NCBI RefSeq assembly: GCF_036321535.1 | Contig: NC_087436.1 | Location: 100,504,001 to 100,568,000, forward strand | Length of the DNA stretch: 64,000 bases | Direction of reading: 5' to 3' | Origin: Camelus dromedarius | Taxonomy: Eukaryota | Shown here: one piece after another, positions 54,024 to 64,000 of the stretch | How the letters are laid out: each line of letters starts with the position of its first letter | Numbering within the stretch: position 1 is the first letter of the stretch | Position numbers and translations under genes: made by a program | The notes under the pieces: model-generated | What the model saw: only the letters and a program-made list of their open reading frames with translations | Database searches by the model: none | Told to the model about the DNA's origin: nothing

Positions 54024-54245
54024 TAGGTGTCAGCAAATTCCTACAGTCTAATCCAGCCTGCCACCTATTTTGAAAATAAGAAAGTTTTATTGGAGCACAG
54101 CCCTGATCATTTGTTTTGATACTGTCTGTGATTGCTTTTGTACAACAATGGAAGAGTTGAATAGTTTGACAGAGACTGTACGGTCCACAGAGTCTCAATT
54201 ATTTATTCTTTATTTGGCCCTTTATAGAAAAAGTTGGCTGTTGCT
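54024..54245 (-). mobile_element. MER58-like MITE
   Basis: 'aaagttttattggagcacagcc' and 'tggccctttatagaaaaagttggctg'. Confidence 0.8.
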
Positions 54246-55734
54246 TCACATAGAGGAAAATGAAAAGATGATCAATTCAAGGGAGGAAGTGACATTAATA
54301 TTTCAATAAATTATTTTAGTTCTTGAAAAGGAGGTTGCAAAGCTATGGCTATTATATGTATTAAACATTGTTTTAAATGTTTTACTTTGTATAACTTATT
54401 CAAAGATATATTGTCATTAGAAGGTAGAAAATGAAGTAAAAACATGTACAGAAAAAAGTAAAAGATAACATAAAGAGTTTGATAATTTCACCCTTTATAC
54501 TTGCTGTTGGTCAAGTTTTATTTGTTATAGGTAATTATTTGACACTTCTCATGTTTTCCATTTATCTGTAATCTAAGATGTTTAATGTATATCAGCCTAA
54601 TCTAATTATAATTCCTTAGTTCATTTGAGATATTATAACTCTAGCTTAATTTGCTTTCTTCTCTCTCTTGAAACCTGGAAGGCAATTATTATGGGAACTT
54701 CTAAGCCTAAGGAGACGAAACAACACAAGGGAATAACCTTTCTGACTTTCATAGTGTCACACTTTGTTGTACATTAAACCAAATAAGGTCCAGCTTTCTA
54801 ATTGTTATGCTAAGTATGGAAAGGACTTCCTGAGGCTAAACTAAGCAAAGTACAAGGTAAGGCCTATAATTTTTCAGAGTTAAAAAAGAATTAGTTATCT
54901 TCACCCAACTAGCAAGGGTAGTTAGTATAATGAATACAAAAAGAGGGAACTGTATATGTAAATTTAATATTTAAATATAGAGGATTCTAAGAAAAAAGAA
55001 AACATCAGCATGTTGGACTGATAAAATTCTACTCAACCTGTTAACTTACAGAACAATAGGATAGTATTTAGTTTATACAGCCATTCATTCACAAATATAG
55101 CACCAAATTTCAACTTTTTCAGCTGTAATTTAACTGCAACCCCAATATATGGAAAGAAATATGAGGGTCTGGCACATCCTTATTTTAGGAGTGAGTGATA
55201 TGAGCAAAAATTTTTGTTTTTTCTCTCTGGTCTCTAACAAGGAATAGCGACTTAGTCTAGGTAACTCATATTACATGTGATTTTTTCCCAGCCCCTATAG
55301 AATGCAATTAACAATACCCATCCTTCAATATCTAATAGCCTCTTACAAAATAGCATTAAACATTTGAAGTTGCCCATGAGATGATTCTCCATGCTCAACA
55401 ACATTGTTTGAATTTGTATGTTCTCTTTCTGAAAATTTATTTCAATAACTCCATATTCAAGGCCAAGTCTAAATGATATTCTGTACATACCTAAACATAC
55501 ATTAACATATTCTGACATGTTTATGTATCAAGATGGTTTGACTTTCATCCACTCCAACTTTCAAAAGAGTATTGAGGTATCTTTTCTTCCTCTTTAAAAG
55601 GTAGTGAGCACCTACTGTGTCAGACATTGTTCGGGCTCTGTTGATGCAGCAATAAGCATAACAGAAATAAGCCCCTGCCTTCAAGAAGTTTTATGTTTTA
55701 CTGGATTTTAGCAAAGTTTCCCAGTACAAAAAAG

Positions 55735-57780
55735 TATTTTAATAGGGATTGCACTTAGTCTGTAGATTGCTTTGGGTAGTACGGTCATTTTAACATTCTT
55801 CTAATCCAAGAGCATGAGATAGCCTTCCATTTCTTTGTATCATCTTCAATTTCTTTCATCAACCTTTTATAGTTTTCAGAGTATAGGTTTTTCACCTCCT
55901 TAGTTAAGTTTATTCTCAAGTATTTTATTCTTTTTGATATGACTTTAAAAGAGATTTTTTTTTACTTTCTTTTTCTGATAGTTCATTATTTATGTGTGGA
56001 AACAACAGATTTCTGTTTATAAATCTTGTATACTATAATTTTGCTGAATTCATTTATTCTAATAGTTTTGGGTGGAGGCTTTAGAGTTTTCTATATAAAG
56101 TATCATGTCATCTGCAAATAACGACAGTTTTAACTATTCCTTTCCAATTTGGATCCTTTTAATTTTTCTTGGCTTGCCATGGCTAGGACTTTCAAAGCTA
56201 TGTTAAATAGAAGTGGCAAGAGTAGGTATCTTTGCCTCGTTGCTGTATTTAGAGGAAAGGCTCTCAGCTTTTCACCATTAAGTATGATGATTTGGGGTTT
56301 GTCATAAACGGCCTTTGTTATGTGAAGATGTTCCCTCTATACTCACTTTGAGAGTTCTATCATGAATGGAAGTTGAAGTTTGTCAAATGCTTTCTCTGCA
56401 TCTGTTGAGATAATCATGTGATTTTTATCTACCCTTTTGTTAAGGTGGTATAGCACGTTGATTTTGTTAATGTTGAACTATCCTTGTAACCTTGGAATAA
56501 ATCCAACCTGATCATGGTGTGTAATCCTTTTTATGTACTGGATTTGGTTTGGCAATATTTTGTTGAGAATTTTTGTATCTATATTTATCAGAAATGCTGG
56601 CCTGTAAGTATCTTTTTTTTGTAGTGTCTGTCTGGCTTTTGTATCAGGCTGATGGTGGCCTTGTAGAATGAATTTGGGAGTGTTGTATCCTGTTCAGTTA
56701 TTTGGAATAGTTTGAGAAGGACAGATCTGAGTTCTTTACATGTTGAATAGAGTTCCCTTGTGAAGCCATCAGGTCCTGGACTTTTGTTTGCTGGGAGGTT
56801 TTTAATTAAAATTCAGTTTCGTTACTAGTGATCTGTTCCAATTGTCTATTTCTTCTTGACTCAGTCTAGCAGGTTGGATGTTTCTCAAAATGTGTCCAAT
56901 TTTTCTGTGTTGCCCAATTTGTTGGCATTTACCTGTTCATAGTACTCTCTTATGACATTTTGTATCTCTGGTATTGGTTGTTACTCCTCCTGTTTAATTT
57001 CTTATTTTATCTTGGTCCTCTTTTCTTTTTGGTGAGCCTGGCTAAATGTTTATCAATTTTGTTTGTTTTCAAAAAAAACTGTTATTGGTTTCATTGCTCT
57101 TATGTATTTTTTAATCTCTATTTTATTTCTTATCCAATCTTTATTACTTCCTTCTGTTGACTGTGAGTTTTCTTTGGGGCAGGATCTGATCCCAGGTTGT
57201 TGGAGTAGAAACCCTGAGGGTTGGGCTCAGACTGGCTCTGTTCCCTTTAAGTGTGTATCTTGCCTCTCCCTGCAATGGGACATTTGCCCCAGAGGAGGGA
57301 AATGCTGAAGCAAGTGGGGCTTATGTATCTAGGCAGTGTGCTGCCTGTTTAGGTGTCTGAAGCTTTTCTCAGATGTAGCCCATGGTCAAGTCTTTTTCTC
57401 AATCATGGCTGCCTCCAGTCTAATGCCCTGCTGTGGCAGGGTATAGCAAAGCCAGAAAGCATTTGCTTAGCTCTACCTGGGACACATGGTGAGGTGGTCA
57501 TAGGAAACCTGGCAATTGCTCTGGCAGATCTTTCTCTGCTCTGTTCTGGGGGTTAGCTAGTGCTTGTATGCTCCTCTCAAGTGGAATCCAGGTTTCTCCA
57601 ACCCTTCTGACTGTCCCAGCTGTCTTCTATCCAGCCAAGGAGGCTCATCCTCTCTAGTTAGGACCTGAGTATGCCCTGTCTGTGGCTCGATCCATGCACT
57701 CCCCATGGCAGGTGGCCACCAGTGCAATGTCCCTTTTTGTCTGAGTCCCCTCCAGGGGCACATGTCCCTATCCATTTATC
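55735..57780 (-). mobile_element. LINE-1 (L1M2/L1MA9-like): ORF2 linker/RT segment (~55735-57170) joined to a 5'UTR-like segment (~57175-57780)
   Basis: Antisense RT motifs 'catgtcatctgcaaataa' and 'ctgtagattgctttgggtagta'. The GC-richer segment 'ccagccaaggaggctcatcctc...tcccctccaggggcacatgtccc' resembles an L1 5' end. Confidence 0.8.
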
Positions 57781-58160
57781 TATGGAATTACTATATTCCT
57801 GCACCTAATGCTAATAAATGGCCCCTATTCAAAAATTTCTTTAGGTAGACATATTTTTCCCACACATTTAGTTGTATGAGACAGCTTGAATATTACCATG
57901 AGTTTATTCAATATTTATGGGTAGAATGTGTCTAACATTGGTTTTTCTAGATTTCTCAGGCATTTACTGTAGCCATCAGGGAAGTTTCTAAATTTTAGCT
58001 GCAAAAAGTTTAATATGATAATTTACATTCACTGTTTAGGACCACAACTTGGGGATTTACTAAGTAGCCAGATACCAGACTATATTCTCAAGTTCCTGAA
58101 CGTTTAACCTCAAACTTGTTCCATGGATGTGAATGTGCTGATAAATTAATTTATTAGCAG

Positions 58161-58635
58161 TGTAGTAAGTGGGGAAAAGATGACCTCCCTTCTTTGTAGT
58201 TCCTTTAATCAATGATAGGGTTTATTTCTGTGTCCCTTGGATCTGCACTGTCTTGGTGACTTCCTTTGAACTACAGAATTCAGAAGAACTGATGTAAGAA
58301 GTGTAAGCCTAGACCCAAAGGAACTTCGCCATTTGCAATCTTGCTGTTATTGTGAACCTCGTCACCATTTGCATAAATATGGGCTAACCTACAGGAGGTT
58401 GAGCAATCACAGACAGCAGAAACAAACCATCCAAGACTCCTCTAGACTGACTGCCAGCCACTCTGACAGCTAACTGCAGGTTTTTGTGTAAGCCTTGCCA
58501 AGACCAGTAAAAAACTTACATAGATACATTCAGCCCAGAGTGAAGATTCACCCACCATAGATCCAAATAAATGATTGTGGCTTTAAACCGCCACCTATTA
58601 GATTCGGCTGTTACAACACAAAGTTAACTAACAAT
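58161..58635 (+). mobile_element. MaLR LTR, MLT1F/G/H-like
   Basis: 'cccttggatctgcactgtcttggtgacttcctttg' and 'aaataaatgattgtggctttaaacc'. Confidence 0.6.
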
Positions 58636-59647
58636 ACTGGTACAGTGGTCAAGAAAGTCATGTGTGTAAACCTGGATATTTCAAATGACAGTTTCAAAGT
58701 CCAGAAGAAAACACAAGAACATATTTGAGAAATCTTGAATTTTAGATACACTGGCTCTGCTTGTGGAATGCAGTGGTAGTCATCTCTTCAAGTACATTTT
58801 CATCGTGGATTTTTCCCTAAGACCAACATTCAACAAAAGAGCTCTATCAGGTAATCACTTTTTCCATTATCAGCTTTCTCTGGCCTTTTTATGATCATCA
58901 GTGAAATCAGTTGTCTCTTTGAGAAAGTTTTTGGCACTTTTAAATGTATTTATTGAAAAGAAGAATCAAGACTTTCTACATAAAGAAAAATGTAAATTGT
59001 ATTCAGTAAGGAAAATAAAATTTTTTCTTAGTATAAAGGATCCTTGTATTTTTCAGATACGTAAAACTGGAAAAATCAAACCCATAGACATTCACAATAT
59101 TAACAATAAGTTGTTTGATATCCAGCAGCAATTTGGTCAGTTCTCTTTCTTATAAGGAAATGCAAGAAATACATAGTGAAAAATAAAATGGAAGATTTAC
59201 TATCTCTGAAAGAGTTAATGTGTTAGTGAAATCAAATGTACAACTTCAGAGCTAGAAGAGGATTAATCATATAATTGAATTAACCCTCTTTAGTTTTTGA
59301 AAAGGAAATAGAGATTTATGGTGGGTAATTACTTTCCCACCACAAAACATCTAGCATTATACATTTGTTCAGGATCCAAGTTTTCAGATTTCCAGTTTAG
59401 TAATGACTTTTACGTATTTTTAATTAACTTTATATTTTTTACCATAAAATTTTGATCCAGTTTCAGATACTAGTAAAGATACAAATATTTAGAATCTTAA
59501 ATAATTAAAAAATATTTAGTACAGGTTCACTTGAAAAGACATAATGTTCTTTAGTATTCCCAGTTGATCATATACTGAAAAAAAGGCCAGTGGATACAAG
59601 GTGTACTTTATGAAATATTTTATATGACATTTTATTTTCTAGCTAAG

Positions 59648-60135
59648 TTTTTTTTTAATTGAAGTATAGTCAGTTACAATGTGTCAATTGTCAATTTCTG
59701 GTATATAGCACAGTGTCCCAGTTGTGCATATACATACATATATTCGTTTTCATATTATATTTCATCAAAGATTATTACAAGATATTGAATATAGTTCCCT
59801 GTGCTATTCAGAAGAAATTTGTTTTTTTAATCTAGTTTTATACATAGTGGCTAACATTTGCAAATCTCAGACTCCCAAATTTATCCTTCTCACCCCTTTC
59901 CTCAGTAACCATAAGATTGTTTACTATGTCTGTGAGTCTGTTTCTGTTTTGTAGGTGAGTTCATTAGTGCTCTTTTTAATTTTTTTAGATTCCACATATA
60001 AGTGATATCATATAGTGTTTTTCTTTCTCTTTCTGGCTTATTTCACTTAGAATGACGATCTCTAGGTCCATCCATGTTGCTGCAATTGGCATTATTTTAT
60101 TCTTTTTTATGGCTGAGTCATATTCCATTATATAA
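59648..60135 (-). mobile_element. 5'-truncated L1 3'UTR related to the 50500 copy
   Basis: 'attgaagtatagtcagttacaatgtgtcaa' and 'tagattccacatataagtgatatcata...tggctgagtcatattccatt'. Confidence 0.85.
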
Positions 60136-61199
60136 ATAGAATATACTTCTCTAAGGGACCAAGTGTTCTACATATTAGGATTTTTGCCATCTTATTTTTA
60201 TTGATATGTTAGCAACAGTGGCTAAAATGGGTAAAATGCAAAGATGAGAATCACAGGACTCATTTTCCTAGGATTTGAAGTTTTTGCAAAGTTTGTCAGT
60301 AGGTATGCTCGATTTTAGTCTGATATCACAGGCAGAGTTCCTGATTCTGGTAATAAGAGGAAACTTGGGGTCCACTCCCAGGGAAGAATTTTGAAACAAG
60401 AGCTTTCAAAGACTAATACCCAAAACAGGACAGTGTCCAGGCTGGATGGCTCAAGATAAGGTGTTTGATGCTGAGGAATGATCTACACAATGTCTTCTAA
60501 CCCAACTCCTGTGTTTAAATCAGAAACATTTTAAAATGACACATATTAATTTTTTAAGCATTAAATATCAATTTTCCACATACTTGAAGGTTAACTGATG
60601 TGAATAAGGCTATTATTCCCCAGTGAGAACAGAATAATGAAATAATAGAGAACTAATTTGAGAAGTTGAACTTCAGTCTGAGTAAAGATACTGGGATTTT
60701 TCCTACAGTGCTATTTATTTACCTTGTCCAATTTTTTTCTTCAGTCCTTTAAAATTAATGTATTTTTAGTGGTCAACATTGTCAAAAGTGAGTTAATGTC
60801 TACAGGAGCACTTCTCAAGAGACCGCTGCAAAGCTCTGGTTCTGAGAGAAAGCTGTCCCGTTATAGCCAGTACACTGGGATTGTGTGAAATCCAAAATAT
60901 ATCTTATTCTATGTTTTATATTAATTTAATTAAAAATAGATACTTAAGCATACAAATGCTCACCATCACAGAAAAGCAAGACTTGACCAGTGCTCTGGAT
61001 TAGTACTCTTCAGATTTTTCTTAAAGTTTGATTATTTTTGACACATTGATTACACACATATGTGATTGAAGTATTTCTTACTTTCACTAAATATGATCTA
61101 CTCTATCTCAATCTGTTCTCTTTCATCTAAAAAAAATGTCCTTTTTTGGTTTTAGTTCCTACAGGAAAATAACTTAGAAGACATCATGCCAGTTTTTTG

Positions 61200-62510
61200 A
61201 GATTTCTCCTAAAAACTCTTAAACTAAAAATTGATAACCTTTCTTAGACTCATCAGAGAACTAAGATCACAGGGCATTCTGACAGACTGAAATATGAGGA
61301 GACAGGTGATTCTAAAAGTCACAGCCAAGATCTAATCATATGGAGCAGAAGCAGCTGGAGACATAAACAGATGGGGTAGGTAATTTCGATGAGTGCCAAA
61401 GACAGTGTCAGCTAGAGCTAGAGAGTAAGAAACTCCTGGGAACCACAGTGTAAGGGCGGCTTTGCACTCCTCTGGGTTTTACCTGCAGGAACCCACTGTG
61501 AAGAACCAAGAAAGATACCCTCCTGGCTCTAGTAGTGGAAAAGGAAAAGTAACCAGGAGTGAAAGGCACCTGAAGTTTACCCATCCCAAGGGTCCAATCT
61601 GCAGGGAGAAAGACAAAGCCTTGTTATCTTATCTGGGATTACTTCTCAACTCCACCCCTCTGGACTTCTGTCTCACATAATTGGAGATACAAATTAAGAA
61701 ACGTGTGAATATCACACCCAGGGACACCAGTCCACTGAAATACTAAGATTTAATTACAACATTAAATCTCTGTCCTTCTTCTTCATATATTCACCACATC
61801 AATAGGATTCCAGTGTAATAGCAGTGAATTAATAGCTTTAAAACGCTGCTAGATGTAGACTCACCCTCATCATGTTTGATTTCAATAAAAAGTTACAAGG
61901 CGTGCCAAAAGGCAAGGAAAAACACATTCTGAAGAGACAAAGTATTTATCATTACAAGACCCAAATATGATATAGATATTGGAATTTCAACAGGCAATAG
62001 TAAATAGCTATGATTAATATGCTAAGGGAGCTAACAGAAAATTATCTGGGTCAAAAACTCAGATCTACATAAAGAAAGGAAGATCATATAAAAAATATAT
62101 TTGAAGTGAACATAATTTAAAATTTTCTCATTCTTGATCTGAGAACTGATCAAATTAACATAAAAATGTATTGGATGATCACAGCTTATAGATAAGTTAA
62201 ATGACAGTAATATCCAAAAGAGGAAGAAATTGGGAACATTTTTATACGATAACTACACTATACATGATATGTCATATTCTACCTATTTGAAAGTAGGCTT
62301 AGATTAGTTAAAAATCTATATTGCCAATTCTAAGAACAACTAAACATTTTTGTAAGTACGTATAACTGATATGCTAAGAATAGGGAAAATGCAATAATCT
62401 TGAATGCTTAGTTAAAATTAGAGAAGGCAGATGAAGGAGAAGGAAAGCAATGAACATATAAACTAGAAAATTTATAAATATGGTGGATATTAATCTAACT
62501 ATATCGATCA
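61200..62510 (+). mobile_element. Old LINE-1 (L1MC/L1M4-like) 5'/ORF1-to-ORF2-start remnant
   Basis: 'tagactcatcagagaactaagatcacagggca', 'tctgaagagacaaag' and 'aaatatggtggatattaatctaactatatc'. Confidence 0.65.
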
Positions 62511-63615
62511 TTTTTTTACTTTGTATCTTTTTATTGAAATATAATTGACATATAACATATTAGTTTTAGGTGTACAACACAGTGATCTCATCCTTGTATG
62601 TATTGTGAAATGTAAGTCTAGTTAGCATCCATCACCATACATAGTTATGTATTTTTTTCTTGTGAAGAGAACTTTTAAGATGTGTTCTACTAGCAAATTT
62701 CCAGTATGCAATACAATATTAACTGTAGTCACCATGATGTACATTGCATCCCCATGATTTATAACTGAAAATTTGTACATTTCTACTCCCTTCATCCATT
62801 TTGTCAGCCTCCCAACTCCTTGTCTCTTGCAACCATTAATCTGTTTTCTGAGGGTTTCTTTTTAAACTACTCAACATGTAAGTGAGATTGTGTGGTATGT
62901 GTCTTTCTGACTGACTTACTTCTGTTATCGTAATGTCTTCAGTGTCCAACCACGTTGGCACAAATGGCAAGATTTCATTCTTTTTTATGGCTGAATAATA
63001 TTCCATTGTGTGTGTATATATCACATTTTCTTTATTCCTTCATCCATCAGTGGACACCTAAGTTGTTTCCATATCTTGGCTATTGTAAATAATGCTGAAA
63101 TGAACATGGGGATGCATGTTCTAATTTCTTTCCTAATTAGTGTTTTCATTTTCTTCAGATAAATACCCAGAAGAGGAATAGCTGAATCAAAGGGTAGTTC
63201 CTCGATTTTAATTTTTCTGAGGAGAGTCCATACTGTTTTCCTTAAAGGCTGTAACCAATTTATATTTCCACCAACAGAGCAGGAGGATTTCCTTTTCTCA
63301 ACAAACTCACCAACACAGTATTTCTTTTTAAAAATAACCATTCTAACAGGCGTGAGGTAATATCTCACTGTGGTTTAATTTGCATTTCCCAGATGATTAG
63401 TGATGTTGACCATCTTTACATGTACCTGCTGGCCATCTTTGGTAACAATGTCTATTCAGATCTTCTGCCCATTTTTTAATTGGATTTTTTTTTGATATTG
63501 AGTTGCAAGTTCTTTATATATTTTGGATATTAACCTTTTTTCAGATACATAATCTTCAAATATTTTCTCCCATTCAGTGGGTTGCCTTTTTATTTTTTTA
63601 TCTATTTTGCTGTGA
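62511..63615 (-). mobile_element. LINE-1 (L1MA9-like) 3' end with ORF2 C-terminal remnant
   Basis: ORFs 63021..63368 (MRYYLTPVRM...PFDSAIPLLGIY...PMFISALFTIAKIWKQLRCP), 63456..63662 (KRQPTEWEKIF) and 62836..63024 (HTMEYYSAIKKNE) are frameshifted pieces of the L1 ORF2p C-terminus. Confidence 0.95.
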
Positions 63616-63617
63616 AA

Positions 63618-64000
63618 CAACAGATTAAACATTCTTCTCAAGCTCCCATGGAATATTGGCAAAGATACATCACTTTCTGGTCAATAAAACACACCTTAAC
63701 AACTTAAAGGTATAGGAATCATACAATGCAAGTTCTCAGACCATAGAATTAAACTACAAATCAGTAACTGAAAGATAGCTGGGAAATCCCCAAATATTTG
63801 GAGATTGAACAACACAGTTCCAAATAATACATATCACAAAGAAATCTCACAAGAAATTAAAAAATACTTTGAACTAAATGAAAATAAAATTACAATGTAT
63901 GGAATTTGTAAGATGCACCAAATTCATGAAAAGTACCAAAAATGATACTAAGAGGGAAATCCAATGTATAGCATTAAAGATATGTACTAAAAAAAGAAAG
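63618..64000 (+). mobile_element. LINE-1 ORF2 endonuclease-domain remnant (continuation of the older + strand L1)
   Basis: 'cattcttctcaagctcccatggaa' (FFSSSHG), 'ttctcagaccatagaattaaacta' (FSDH..IKL) and 'aaatactttgaactaaatgaaaat' (KYFELNEN). Confidence 0.85.

Noticed and set aside
62836..63662. ORFs with clear protein similarity (MRYYLTPVRM…, KRQPTEWEKIF…)
   Set aside because: They are frameshifted LINE-1 ORF2p remnants, not a host gene.
1..64000. Prokaryote-style systems (operons, CRISPR arrays, defence islands), rRNA, intact tRNA, NUMT
   Set aside because: The sequence is mammalian repeat-rich non-coding DNA, and none of these signatures were seen.

Overview
AT-rich, CpG-depleted mammalian genomic DNA, either intergenic or deep intronic. 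I recognise no protein-coding gene. The ORF-track entries are chance ORFs or decayed LINE-1 pieces. The window is a mosaic of old eutherian repeats: L1M fragments, L2, MIR, MaLR/MLT1 LTRs, ERVL and ERV1 LTRs, and hAT MITEs (MER5, MER20, MER53, MER58, MER63, Charlie1). It also holds a few younger L1 3' ends. I see no Alu, B1/B2, Bov-tA/BovB, PRE-1 or Can-SINE, and the young L1 3'UTRs resemble camelid L1s as I recall them, so a camelid (Laurasiatherian) source is a tentative inference. The best-supported oddities are: (1) a tail-less 5'-half tRNA-Thr(UGU) retrocopy with a 14-bp target-site duplication (TSD), inserted in an old L1; (2) a young-looking 609-bp solo LTR with a perfect 6-bp TSD, resembling ERV class II; (3) an anomalously CpG-rich MLT1D LTR carrying ETS and TATA-like motifs, with a consensus splice donor downstream, possibly an exapted promoter. 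Weaker candidates are a 12-nt microexon, small minus-strand exons and an ORF1-less L1. I found no convincing novel multi-gene system. Repeat family names come from recalled consensus sequences rather than a database search, and boundaries are approximate unless a TSD is given.
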